DNA of 32,000 nucleotides from Opitutales bacterium (lineage in GTDB: Bacteria; Verrucomicrobiota; Verrucomicrobiia; Opitutales; PNEW01). A program made the position numbers and the translations under genes. The notes under the pieces were generated by a model. That model was not told the origin of the DNA. It saw nothing but the letters and a program-made list of their open reading frames with translations, and searched no databases. Numbering within the stretch: position 1 is the stretch's first letter; each line of letters begins with the position of its first letter. Of this stretch, positions 1-7,585 are shown one piece after another. The stretch lies in NCBI GenBank assembly GCA_965219535.1, contig CBDCNV010000001.1:30001-62000 (forward strand), read 5' to 3'.

Positions 1-258
1 ATAGAGTTCTTTATAATATGCCAAGAGTTCCTCTTTTCCATTCGCCAGCGATTTATTATTGTTCCAGAAGGTTGCATTCTCATCATACCCCTTCATTGCT
101 TCTTCAACATTCCCCGTTTTGAAGTAATCATAATGGATTTTTTCCCAGTAATTTTTCACTTCGTTTTCAAAAGATGACGAATCATTTCCCAGTGATGCAC
201 TGAAAGGAATTCCAATAACGGCCAGCAAGTTAAAGCTTATATATACTATTGCTTTCAT
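1..258 (-). CDS. NTF2-like (SnoaL/DUF4440-type) secreted protein, N-terminal part; the ORF runs off the left edge
   Basis: Not in the ORF track because it is open-ended. My reverse translation from ATG 258..256 gives 86 codons with no stop: MKAIVYISFNLLAVIGIPFSA... (signal-like) then ...EAMKGYDENATFWNNNKSLANGKEELLAYYKELY. The ATG overlaps the upstream NUDIX stop (ATGA). Confidence 0.4.
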   Translation of the reverse strand, partial: MKAIVYISFNLLAVIGIPFSASLGNDSSSFENEVKNYWEKIHYDYFKTGNVEEAMKGYDENATFWNNNKSLANGKEELLAYYKELY

Positions 259-647
259 AAATAGCTCTCGAAAAGATTTAGATATTGATCGGACACCAGA
301 TTAACGCAAGAGAGCTCTCCGGAACTGAACCATCTGATCTCGGAATGCTCTTTAGATGCATTGTCTGGTTTACCTTTCCACGCAAGGATGGCGTAAACGT
401 AGTGTCGTGCCTGCCCATACCGATTAGGATTGGGTTCATCGATTATACCCACTCGATCGTATTGAAATGTTTGTATACCTAATTCCTCCTCACATTCTCG
501 CTTTAACGTTTGCTCAATGGATTCACCCTCTTTGCAATGTCCACCGAATATGTCCCAAACACAGGGGTGATACACGAGTTCGGAACTGCGCAGACCAAGA
601 AGAATCTTCTTATTCACAATAAGGGCACCACCTGCTGTTGTTCTCAT
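255..647 (-). CDS. NUDIX hydrolase
   Basis: Complete Nudix box GX5EX7REUXEEXGU: GHCKEGESIEQTLKRECEEELGI. Confidence 0.85.
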   Translation of the reverse strand: MRTTAGGALIVNKKILLGLRSSELVYHPCVWDIFGGHCKEGESIEQTLKRECEEELGIQTFQYDRVGIIDEPNPNRYGQARHYVYAILAWKGKPDNASKEHSEIRWFSSGELSCVNLVSDQYLNLFESYL

Positions 648-694
648 TAGTTAGATTAGAATCAAAAAAGGTGGTCAGCTTTTATTGAACCCTT

Positions 695-1276
695 TCAAGC
701 AATCCTGCTCATTATTTTTTCGCACTCTGATAACATTGAGTTATCCAGAGATTCTTTTGGGATCCGCTCCCAGATTTTTGTGAACTTTTCTCTCGCAGGA
801 ACTCCGTCTCCGGGTAATTGGAAAAGCCTATGATAAACAATGTCTATTTTGTTTCTTTCCTGATCATTTCGAATTTCTTGTTTGATGTTACAAATCCATA
901 ATTTCAAAAGGTGTTCCGCATAGTCCTGCGGTAATTCTTCCTTATTTATAGCTCTAAAATTCGGATCTCGATAACAGGAGATGTCCACGTACCAAAAAAC
1001 GGACACCCCCTTCAAATAAATGGATATCAAATGCTTTTCAGGTAAAAGTGATCTAGCCCAATCGTAGAAGATGACTTTCTTACAATTCCCGATCGCATCC
1101 AGGGCAATCATAACATTCTCTAAAGGGCTCCTACTCTTTCCCTCTACGACGATATTGATATCAGAGAGTTCATCCCATGAATCCAAAGTCAGACTGCCAT
1201 CGAGGGATACAGAATCAAAATGTCCGGATACCTGTAGGAGTTGAACAATTTCTTCTGCAATATGTTTTTGGTTCAT
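695..1276 (-). CDS. Nucleotidyltransferase-fold protein (Pol-beta superfamily-like) with helical C-terminal half
   Basis: N-terminal GS-x10-D-I-N-I (LDGSLTLDSWDELSDINIVV) resembles the hG[GS]x9-13Dh[DE]h NTase motif, but the second carboxylate is Asn. Substrate unknown. Confidence 0.5.
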   Translation of the reverse strand: MNQKHIAEEIVQLLQVSGHFDSVSLDGSLTLDSWDELSDINIVVEGKSRSPLENVMIALDAIGNCKKVIFYDWARSLLPEKHLISIYLKGVSVFWYVDISCYRDPNFRAINKEELPQDYAEHLLKLWICNIKQEIRNDQERNKIDIVYHRLFQLPGDGVPAREKFTKIWERIPKESLDNSMLSECEKIMSRIA

Positions 1277-1285
1277 GCGCTGAGC

Positions 1286-2131
1286 TTATTTGGTCCAATC
1301 CTCGGTAATAAATTTAACCACACTGTCTTCATCATTTGTTCCAATGATATGGTCCGCATGGGATTTTAACTCGTCAGCGCTGTTTGCCACCGCAATTGCA
1401 CGGTCCGATAACTTAAACATTTTAATATCATTCATGTTGTCGCCGAAGGTAACGAGCTCCTGAACATCATGCTCCCCGTTTCTTAAGACAGTCTGTATCC
1501 CCTTATCCTTAGAGGCCTCCCGATCATGAACGGTCAACCAATACCATCCCGGGGAATAGGCATTTTCAAAACAATGAATCTCGACCATGGGATTAAAATT
1601 TTCTTCGATCGCACGAGTTAATTCTAACAACTCTTCTTTTTTACCAATCGTCGTAATACAAACCACATCATCGACGAAAGATTCAGTAATGTTGCCGATT
1701 TTTCTCAATCGCGGATCTTTGTGTGCGACACGATTATTGTAATACCAATCCATTCCCTCATTGGTAATCTCTGAAAAATAAAGGCAATCCTCTTCACCAT
1801 TATAGGTAGAAATAAAAGGAGAGTATCCCTCGTTATTTATAAGCCGGTAAATAGCATCAACCAAATCCCGGTTCATTTGATTGATAACTTCATGATGACC
1901 TGTTTTGAGATCTGAAATGAAGGCCCCATTAAATTCAATAATCGGTAAACTAATTTCTAACCCGTCTAGTATATGACGCATTGAGACTACGCTTCTGGCG
2001 CTGGCTACTGTGAATTGCAGCCCATCGGCAATCATTTCGTTAAGACAACTTTTACTATAAGTAGAAAGACTCGCGTCACTTCGAAGCAATGTGCCGTCCA
2101 AGTCGGAAATATAGAATACTTTCTCTCCCAT
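1286..2131 (-). CDS. HAD-IIB (Cof-type) phosphatase
   Basis: Motif I FYISDLDGTLL, motif IV GDNMNDIKMF. The length and cap region are typical of Cof-like hydrolases. Confidence 0.85.
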   Translation of the reverse strand: MGEKVFYISDLDGTLLRSDASLSTYSKSCLNEMIADGLQFTVASARSVVSMRHILDGLEISLPIIEFNGAFISDLKTGHHEVINQMNRDLVDAIYRLINNEGYSPFISTYNGEEDCLYFSEITNEGMDWYYNNRVAHKDPRLRKIGNITESFVDDVVCITTIGKKEELLELTRAIEENFNPMVEIHCFENAYSPGWYWLTVHDREASKDKGIQTVLRNGEHDVQELVTFGDNMNDIKMFKLSDRAIAVANSADELKSHADHIIGTNDEDSVVKFITEDWTK

Positions 2132-2368
2132 TATTTAATCTTATGAATTGGAAGGATTCAGATCCTGCATATTTACCTTGTATTAAAAATGTCAGATCCG
2201 AGAACCCCAATCGCCTAAGCTCAGGACAGGGCGGCTACGGGACAACATCCATGTAAGGTATGACCTTTATTGGAGTCGTTTTGCAAAACTAATTTACGAT
2301 TCGAGATTGAATCGTAAATATTTGTGGGAATTCTGAACAATTCCAGGAGTGTGATGTCCGTATATTTT

Positions 2369-2641
2369 ATGAAAAAAATAGTTGTTCTTCTCTTAATATT
2401 CTCTTCCGCAATCGTTTTTACGGCCGCAAAAAATAAAGCTACAGTTGTGCACGACATCCCTTCAGGCTTACCGCATGACAATTGGTTCCCCGTTGGAGAA
2501 AATCATGGGCTTGCGGTTGTAGGTTATGAAAAATCTGGATTTCAAAATCTGGATTACGCAAAAGGGATATACTTTGTGAAAAAAAATGACAAATGGTACC
2601 CCTTATATTTTGAAATTGGACCACCTATGGACTCACAGTAG
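2369..2641 (+). CDS. Small secreted hypothetical protein
   Basis: Internal ATG at 2369 gives MKKIVVLLLIFSSAIVFTAAKN (signal-peptide-like). It competes with the antisense ORF 2221..2481, which has no such features. Confidence 0.35.
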   Translation: MKKIVVLLLIFSSAIVFTAAKNKATVVHDIPSGLPHDNWFPVGENHGLAVVGYEKSGFQNLDYAKGIYFVKKNDKWYPLYFEIGPPMDSQ

Positions 2642-2840
2642 CCTGAAAGAATATACAATCCTATAGGTGAACTACAAATGTGATGTAGTTAAATTCCAAA
2701 TGTAGTCAGATATTCATCTGCGTCGCTCAAAAATTAACAACATTTGCGGTAATTTTAAGTCTGAGAGGAAGACGTAGAGACTGACCCATCTTCGTCCCTC
2801 TACTGAGGACTACGCCGTGGCAAGCGAAGACGAAGATTGT

Positions 2841-3257
2841 TTATACGCACAGAGGGGAGAAATAGGTGCCCCCGGTCGATACGGCGTTTACCGCTTTAGC
2901 CAATTCTTTGACGCCTGCTTTTTTATTCACGAAGCCATCAGCGCCCCCTTGAATCGCAACATCCACCGTTGCGCGGTGAGACAGTCCGGAATAGACAATG
3001 GTCTTAACGCGAGGGAGATTGCTCTTTAGAAGGTGTAATATTCTCAAGCCATTCTGTCGAGGCATTCGAAAATCGATAATCGCGAGGTCGGGTCTTTGCT
3101 CTATACACTCTTCAATTATATCTGGCTGGTCACTTTCAGACTCAAATACATCAAGCTTGGGAAAGATCTCCGACAATAGATCACCCACGGTGTCTACTGC
3201 ATTATCCATTATCCCATTCTCTTCAACGATGTATACTTTCCTCATAATCTTATCCAA
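2841..3257 (-). CDS. Stand-alone response-regulator receiver (CheY-like, NarL/FixJ-type receiver without an output domain)
   Basis: PDLAIIDFRMP (phospho-acceptor Asp), TIVYSG, GADGFVNKK (conserved Lys). The protein ends right after ...GGTYFSPLCV, where NarL-type regulators continue into a linker and HTH. Confidence 0.8.
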   Translation of the reverse strand: MDKIMRKVYIVEENGIMDNAVDTVGDLLSEIFPKLDVFESESDQPDIIEECIEQRPDLAIIDFRMPRQNGLRILHLLKSNLPRVKTIVYSGLSHRATVDVAIQGGADGFVNKKAGVKELAKAVNAVSTGGTYFSPLCV

Positions 3258-3489
3258 TTAGTGAATGCCTCTGATATCGGCCGCTTTTCACTTTTTTTAA
3301 TACTAAATCAGGAGAGTTATTATTGAGAAACAGGATCGATTAGTAGTCTTAAATTTCTATAAATATTTAATATTAAACTGGTTGCATATTCGATATCCGC
3401 ACGAGACACCTCCTCTTCAGCTGATAATATATTTTATTGTTCGACCACTTTTCAGGTATTTTTAACAATAAAAGCAGCAACTATTATAC

Positions 3490-4215
3490 ATGGATTTAAA
3501 AGGGAAAGCAGCATTAGTCACGGGCGGCAACAGTGGAATTGGTAAGGCAATTGCGCTCGGTCTGGCCAGCCAGGGGGCAGAAGTATTAATAGGTAGTCGC
3601 CGTGAAAATCTGAACCGGCAAGCCGCGCTGGAAATTAATAAAAAAACCCAGTCTCGCGTGGCGTCAGTGGCCGCTGATGTCAGTCGCGAAGAGGACTGTG
3701 AAATGCTGATCAGCCGAACGGTAGAACTTTTTGGACGAATCGACATCTGCATCAATAACGCAGGTATCTATACTGGTAGCACGATCACGGATCTATCGAC
3801 CGAGGATTTTGATCAGGTGCTTAAAACCAATCTTTACGGATCGTTCTGGTGCGCCCGCGCTGCTTTTAACGCGATGCGCTACAATAAACCTGACCCACCG
3901 GATGAGATTCGTGGTTATATCATTAATATATCCTCTGTAGCGGGACTGGACTCATGGAGTGGGTCCGGAGCTTACAGTATTTCCAAGTTTGGACTGATGG
4001 CGCTCACACGAGCGCTTGCTGATGAGGGGAAGAAGGCGTTAATTAAAGTTACCGCGATATGCCCCTCAACCGTGGCTACACCGATGACGGGCAAAAAAGG
4101 TGCTGATTTTATTCAGCCCGAAGATGTGGCGGAAACGGTGCTCTACCTCATGCGCCTCTCCCCCGCCGCCTGGCCGGTGCAGGAAGTGATAAAAAGACGC
4201 GATGACGAAAGATAA
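3490..4215 (+). CDS. SDR-family oxidoreductase
   Basis: TGGNSGIGKAIA (TGxxxGxG), NNAGI, YSISK (YxxxK). Confidence 0.9.
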   Translation: MDLKGKAALVTGGNSGIGKAIALGLASQGAEVLIGSRRENLNRQAALEINKKTQSRVASVAADVSREEDCEMLISRTVELFGRIDICINNAGIYTGSTITDLSTEDFDQVLKTNLYGSFWCARAAFNAMRYNKPDPPDEIRGYIINISSVAGLDSWSGSGAYSISKFGLMALTRALADEGKKALIKVTAICPSTVATPMTGKKGADFIQPEDVAETVLYLMRLSPAAWPVQEVIKRRDDER

Positions 4216-4216
4216 G

Positions 4217-4258
4217 CGCTACGCGGTAATGTGGAAATGCGATAAAGCGGATACGCGG
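4217..4258 (+). repeat. Repeat R7 (ACGCGGTAA..AAATGCGATAAAGCGGATACGCGG), post-stop unit
   Basis: Related copies at 5471..5493 and 16410..16450. All three start within ~15 bp after a plus-strand stop codon. Confidence 0.7.
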
Positions 4259-4316
4259 GTATGTATCTACATGATTTGGTGGAGAAATAAATTGTCGATT
4301 GAGTAATTGTTATTCT

Positions 4317-4361
4317 ATTGTCATTGAGAAGAAGGCGGTAGCCGACTGCGGCAATGACAAT
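4317..4361. repeat. Repeat R2, short beta-arm variant (ATTGTCATTG...CAATGACAAT hairpin)
   Basis: ATTGTCATTGAGAAGAAGGCGGTAGCCGACTGCGGCAATGACAAT. The termini are perfect 10-bp inverted repeats. The interior matches the variant arm of the 17662..17769 copy. Confidence 0.7.
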
Positions 4362-4388
4362 TAATATTGATGTTTTATCCCCAACACT

Positions 4389-4883
4389 GTGCTAAGTGCT
4401 AAAGTCATACTTGAAGAATTAAAGAAGCAGGGTATTACACATATCGTCGGTCTTCCTGATAACGGATCACGGGTGCTCTTTGAGTTGTTGTGGGTTACAC
4501 CTGAAATTGAAGTCATTCAAGTCAGCCGCGAGGGGGAGGCATTTGCGATAGCTTCCGGTCTTTACCTGGGAGGAAAAAATCCGGCCGTACTTATTCAAAA
4601 TACCGGATTTTTAGAATCGGGAGATGCCTTTCGTGGCACCGTTTATAATATGAGAATCCCTGTTCTCCTATTTATCGGTTACCGTGGATACAAAACGTTA
4701 ACCCCGGGTGCCACGCGTGTGGATTCCGTGGCCACATTTCTCGAACCGACCCTGAAAGCCTGGGATATCCCCTACTCCATTCTCACTGATGATAAGGAGG
4801 CTGATCAGATCTCAAGTGGTGTGAAAAAAGCCTGTGATACTTCACGCCCCACAGCGGTTTTAATAGCCGAGGAGACAACTTAA
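4389..4883 (+). CDS. TPP-dependent decarboxylase, alpha subunit (sulfopyruvate decarboxylase ComD-like; N-terminal pyrimidine-binding domain only)
   Basis: GTG start. LPDNGSRVLFELL, SREGEAFAIASGLYLGGKNPAVLIQNTGFLESGDA. At 164 aa it has the size and architecture of split ComD. Confidence 0.75.
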   Translation: MLSAKVILEELKKQGITHIVGLPDNGSRVLFELLWVTPEIEVIQVSREGEAFAIASGLYLGGKNPAVLIQNTGFLESGDAFRGTVYNMRIPVLLFIGYRGYKTLTPGATRVDSVATFLEPTLKAWDIPYSILTDDKEADQISSGVKKACDTSRPTAVLIAEETT

Positions 4884-4885
4884 CG

Positions 4886-5455
4886 ATGCTTAATAAATAT
4901 ACCTGCCTTGAAAAGTTGGCCGCTCGTCGCAAGGACGAAATAATTATCACCAACATGGGGATCGCCAAACCCTGGGAAAATTTATCCGACGGCCCCTTTG
5001 ATTTTGCCTCCGTAGACAGTGGCATGGGACACGCCGCCGATCTGGCGCACGGTCTGGCTATCGCCCAACCCGATCGCCGTGTCATCACGCTCAACGGGGA
5101 TGGCAGTATGCTCATGTGTTTAGGAACGCTCGTTACCATCGCTCAACGACCGGTTGATAATTATGCCCTCGTGATTATTGAAAACGGCACTTATGAAATT
5201 ACCGGTAATCAATTCGTGCCGGGCGCCGGCAAAATAAATTATAAAACAATTGCTCGCGGTGCTGGAATTGAAGCGGTTTACACTGTTACTGATGACAGTG
5301 ACTTTGACCATAAGCTCGACCTTCTCTTTGAAGGGAAGGGCCCCCTCGTGTTCGTCTGGAAAGTTGATCAAGCCAATGAACCCGTCCCCAACTTCCAACT
5401 TCCCCTCTGGGAGCGCGCTCACCGCCTCCGCAAAACTTTGGTTGAAAATGCGTGA
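4886..5455 (+). CDS. TPP-dependent decarboxylase, beta subunit (ComE-like; TPP/Mg-binding domain)
   Basis: TPP-binding motif GDGSMLMCLGTLVTIA...IIENGTYEITGNQ. Starts 2 nt after the ComD-like stop. 189 aa. Confidence 0.75.
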   Translation: MLNKYTCLEKLAARRKDEIIITNMGIAKPWENLSDGPFDFASVDSGMGHAADLAHGLAIAQPDRRVITLNGDGSMLMCLGTLVTIAQRPVDNYALVIIENGTYEITGNQFVPGAGKINYKTIARGAGIEAVYTVTDDSDFDHKLDLLFEGKGPLVFVWKVDQANEPVPNFQLPLWERAHRLRKTLVENA

Positions 5456-5470
5456 ATGAGTTAACCTGTG

Positions 5471-5493
5471 TATGCGATGATGCGGATACGCAG
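5471..5493 (+). repeat. Repeat R7 copy
   Basis: TATGCGATGATGCGGATACGCAG, 16 bp after the stop at 5455. Confidence 0.65.
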
Positions 5494-5506
5494 ATATATC
5501 CATCAA

Positions 5507-5518
5507 CGATTTCGATTG
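5507..5518 (-). repeat. Heptad array, CGATTG orientation on the plus strand (short)
   Basis: CGATTTCGATTG, at the left side of the spacer. Confidence 0.5.
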
Positions 5519-5527
5519 TTCCCTTTA

Positions 5528-5579
5528 GTCATTGCGAGGAGCAAGGCGACGCGGCTACCAACTCCCTCGCAATGACAAT
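5528..5579. repeat. Repeat R2, short hairpin form
   Basis: GTCATTGCGAGGAG-20 nt-CTCCCTCGCAATGACAAT. Confidence 0.75.
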
Positions 5580-5660
5580 AAGGTGAATGTGTTAATGTGT
5601 GTATGAGATTAGGTAGGGAAGGCTGTACTCAATGCCTTTTATTACGACATATCTTTAAAC

Positions 5661-5783
5661 GCGGTAGGGACACCGCGTTCCACCTTATTGCATTATTCAT
5701 TGTTACAGGGTGGAGCGGGCTGTCCCAGCACGCTTCTTTATTAATTATTTACGATTAACGCGGTAGGGACACCGCGTTCCACC
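5661..5783. repeat. Repeat R3 triple: variant arm (5661-5684), inverted canonical arm (5709-5733), variant arm (5760-5783)
   Basis: GCGGTAGGGACACCGCGTTCCACC / GGTGGAGCGGGCTGTCCCAGCACGC / GCGGTAGGGACACCGCGTTCCACC. The middle arm can pair with either flank. The loops are AT-rich. Confidence 0.8.
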
Positions 5784-5864
5784 TTTTCTTAGTTTCTAAA
5801 CCCGAATAATTTTCTTGTATCTCATGCGACCAAAATAGGTAAACCAGCATTGACAGTAAGTTTA

Positions 5865-5888
5865 TGGAGGGCCACGCTCCGTCGTGGC
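5865..5888 (+). repeat. Repeat R5 (TGGAGGGCCACGCTCCGTCGTGGC), contains the GCCACG/CGTGGC palindrome
   Basis: Identical 24-mer at 20183..20206. Here it ends 35 bp upstream of ATG 5923. Confidence 0.8.
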
Positions 5889-5922
5889 CGCAGTGTTTTG
5901 AACGAAAATATAAAAACCATAA

Positions 5923-7293
5923 ATGAATTCATTAAATATCCAGAGAACTATAATGATTTTGTTAGTGCTGGGTTTTTTTACCGGACTCTCTTATGGTGAT
6001 AGGCACTCCTCTGAAGACTATATTATGGAACTATTACAATTGAATGAGCGTTCAAAAACGCTACTAAAAAAATCAGCGGGTATGCTCGAACTCGTGCCGG
6101 TCGTTTTGCCGGAAGGTGATAACCTAAAAACACATAATGATCTTTTCGGCTGGCCCGTGGCTACCTTGACCGGTGAAACCATAGTCGTTGTTTTCTATCG
6201 ACTACCTTTTCATTGGGGCGGCAATGAACCACGTGATGAATTTAGCACCTATACAATGATGACACGCTCTACGGACGGTGGAAAATCATGGTCACATCCA
6301 GTCGATCTCAAGTCTTTCATCAAAAAGGAAACCGTTGGGTGTCGATTGGACTTTGGAAATTCTATCGGAACTACTAAGGATGGCACGGTTGTCGTCGTGA
6401 CCAATTACGGAGTATTTCGCTCAGTAGATGAGGGAGAAAACTGGGAACACCTTTCCGGTGCCTATGGAGAGGAACAACTTTCCGGACCTGCAGGGAATAA
6501 CGGCCCGCGCCTTCTCGATCATCCGACCCATGGTCTCATTGTTGCCAGCCATAGCAACGCGCTGGCTGAAAAACGAAATCCTGATAGAACACCGTATATT
6601 TCTCCCGAAATCTGGGTGCGCTTTTCAAAAGACGGGGGCTATACCTGGAACGAGAAAAAACAGGATTTCCCGGACTTTGCCACTCCTATTGAACCCACAT
6701 TGTTACTACACGATGGCGCTCTATTGGTTGTCGCACGTTGCCACGGATATGAGAGTTTCGAACCCCAATATAAAACCTGGAGATACGTTCAGCTTTATGC
6801 GAAGAGCGGGTGGTTTCCTTTCAAACCTATGCTCTCAAGCATCCGCGCCACCGATGTCCGTGACATTAGCGAAAATCCTCATCACGGTGCATGGACACAG
6901 GACACCGTTGACTTGTGCTATAATCCGGTAAGCGAACGCATAGAATGCGTCGCTACGGACCGCAACGGCGACGTGGGTCAAGGGGCAGAGAATACACGGG
7001 ATGGTCAAACGCTCAACCTCTGGAGTATCGATCCCGAGGCATTGAAAAATGGAAGCAATGAATGGCGATTTGAGGGGACACTGCTTCATAGAAATGGTTA
7101 CATGAGTCGATCTGAAATTGACGGGATGCATCCCGGGGCCGCGATTGTTGATGAAAAAAACGGAGTGCAACATATTTTTGTCTATATTGGCTCACCTCTC
7201 GGACCCTCAGGAATATTCCGTGTCACCCGAACCCTCGATACCCAACGTCTCAGTGCCTTTCTCGAAAATGCGATTAAATTCCATTGTCTATAG
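5923..7293 (+). CDS. Secreted BNR/Asp-box repeat protein (sialidase-like six-bladed propeller glycosidase family)
   Basis: N-terminal signal-like segment. Three Asp-boxes SxDxGxxW: STDGGKSW, SVDEGENW, SKDGGYTW. Confidence 0.8.
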   Translation: MNSLNIQRTIMILLVLGFFTGLSYGDRHSSEDYIMELLQLNERSKTLLKKSAGMLELVPVVLPEGDNLKTHNDLFGWPVATLTGETIVVVFYRLPFHWGGNEPRDEFSTYTMMTRSTDGGKSWSHPVDLKSFIKKETVGCRLDFGNSIGTTKDGTVVVVTNYGVFRSVDEGENWEHLSGAYGEEQLSGPAGNNGPRLLDHPTHGLIVASHSNALAEKRNPDRTPYISPEIWVRFSKDGGYTWNEKKQDFPDFATPIEPTLLLHDGALLVVARCHGYESFEPQYKTWRYVQLYAKSGWFPFKPMLSSIRATDVRDISENPHHGAWTQDTVDLCYNPVSERIECVATDRNGDVGQGAENTRDGQTLNLWSIDPEALKNGSNEWRFEGTLLHRNGYMSRSEIDGMHPGAAIVDEKNGVQHIFVYIGSPLGPSGIFRVTRTLDTQRLSAFLENAIKFHCL

Positions 7294-7339
7294 TTTATAG
7301 TAAACTCACCGCCGAGTCGCAGCGTTCGCGGAGATTTTT

Positions 7340-7405
7340 CGATTGCGGATTTGGAGGATGTTGAGCTTCTCCCTTGATTCGATTGCGGATTGCAAATTGT
7401 CGATT
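7340..7405 (-). repeat. Heptad arrays, CGATTG orientation (two blocks, 7340-7354 and 7376-7405)
   Basis: CGATTGCGGATTTGG and GATTCGATTGCGGATTGCAAATTGTCGATT (period 7). Lies downstream of the stop at 7293. Confidence 0.8.
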
Positions 7406-7410
7406 TTTTT

Positions 7411-7483
7411 TTGTCATTGCGAGGAGCAACGCGACGTGGCAATCCAGGGGGACTTACATTTAGCAATAGACATCCCCCTGGAA
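7411..7483. repeat. Repeat R2, alpha arm plus inner hairpin (right arm truncated)
   Basis: TTGTCATTGCGAGGAGCAACGCGACGTGGCAATCCAGGGGGA...CCCCCTGGAAT. Confidence 0.8.
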
Positions 7484-7488
7484 TGAAA

Positions 7489-7518
7489 GATGTCGCCATC
7501 GGCTCGGAAGTGGCTATC
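7489..7518 (+). repeat. Repeat R6 unit (GATGTCGCC..GGCTCGGAAGTGGCTATC)
   Basis: Matches the units at 22529..22613. It ends in the GTGGCTATC tail shared with R4. Confidence 0.7.
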
Positions 7519-7520
7519 TC

Positions 7521-7582
7521 TTATCGACAATCGGAAATCCACAATCGGTTGTGGCTATCTTTTATCGACTATCTTCAATCGT
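7521..7582 (+). repeat. Heptad array, CAATCG orientation, abutting a start codon
   Basis: TTATCGACAATCGGAAATCCACAATCGG..TTGTGGCTATC..TTTATCGACTATCTTCAATCGTATA, then ATG 7586. Confidence 0.8.
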
Positions 7583-7585
7583 ATA

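Noticed and set aside
2221-2481. 86-aa ORF on the minus strand
   Set aside because: It overlaps the plus-strand ORF that has a convincing signal peptide, and it has no motif of its own. Neither call is strong.
2641-2840. Remnant LuxR-type HTH downstream of the receiver-only regulator
   Set aside because: Reading the minus strand after the stop gave no HTH-like frame. There is only a weak 9-bp inverted repeat (ATCTTCGTC/GACGAAGAT) with a long loop, which is not convincing as a terminator either.
4216-4388. TPP riboswitch upstream of the TPP-dependent decarboxylase genes
   Set aside because: No CUGAGA/ACCUGAUCUGGAUAAUGCCAGCG-like thi-box elements are present. The spacer is explained by R7, a short heptad block and an R2 hairpin.
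4783-5506. Antisense and alternative-frame ORFs 4783..5139(-), 5120..5506(-) and 5250..5459(+)
   Set aside because: They are embedded in the ComD/ComE-like genes, which carry clear TPP-enzyme motifs.
6428-7195. ORFs 6428..6931(+), 6835..7173(-) and 7013..7195(-) inside the BNR gene
   Set aside because: These are alternative frames of a gene with three Asp-boxes. They have no motifs of their own.
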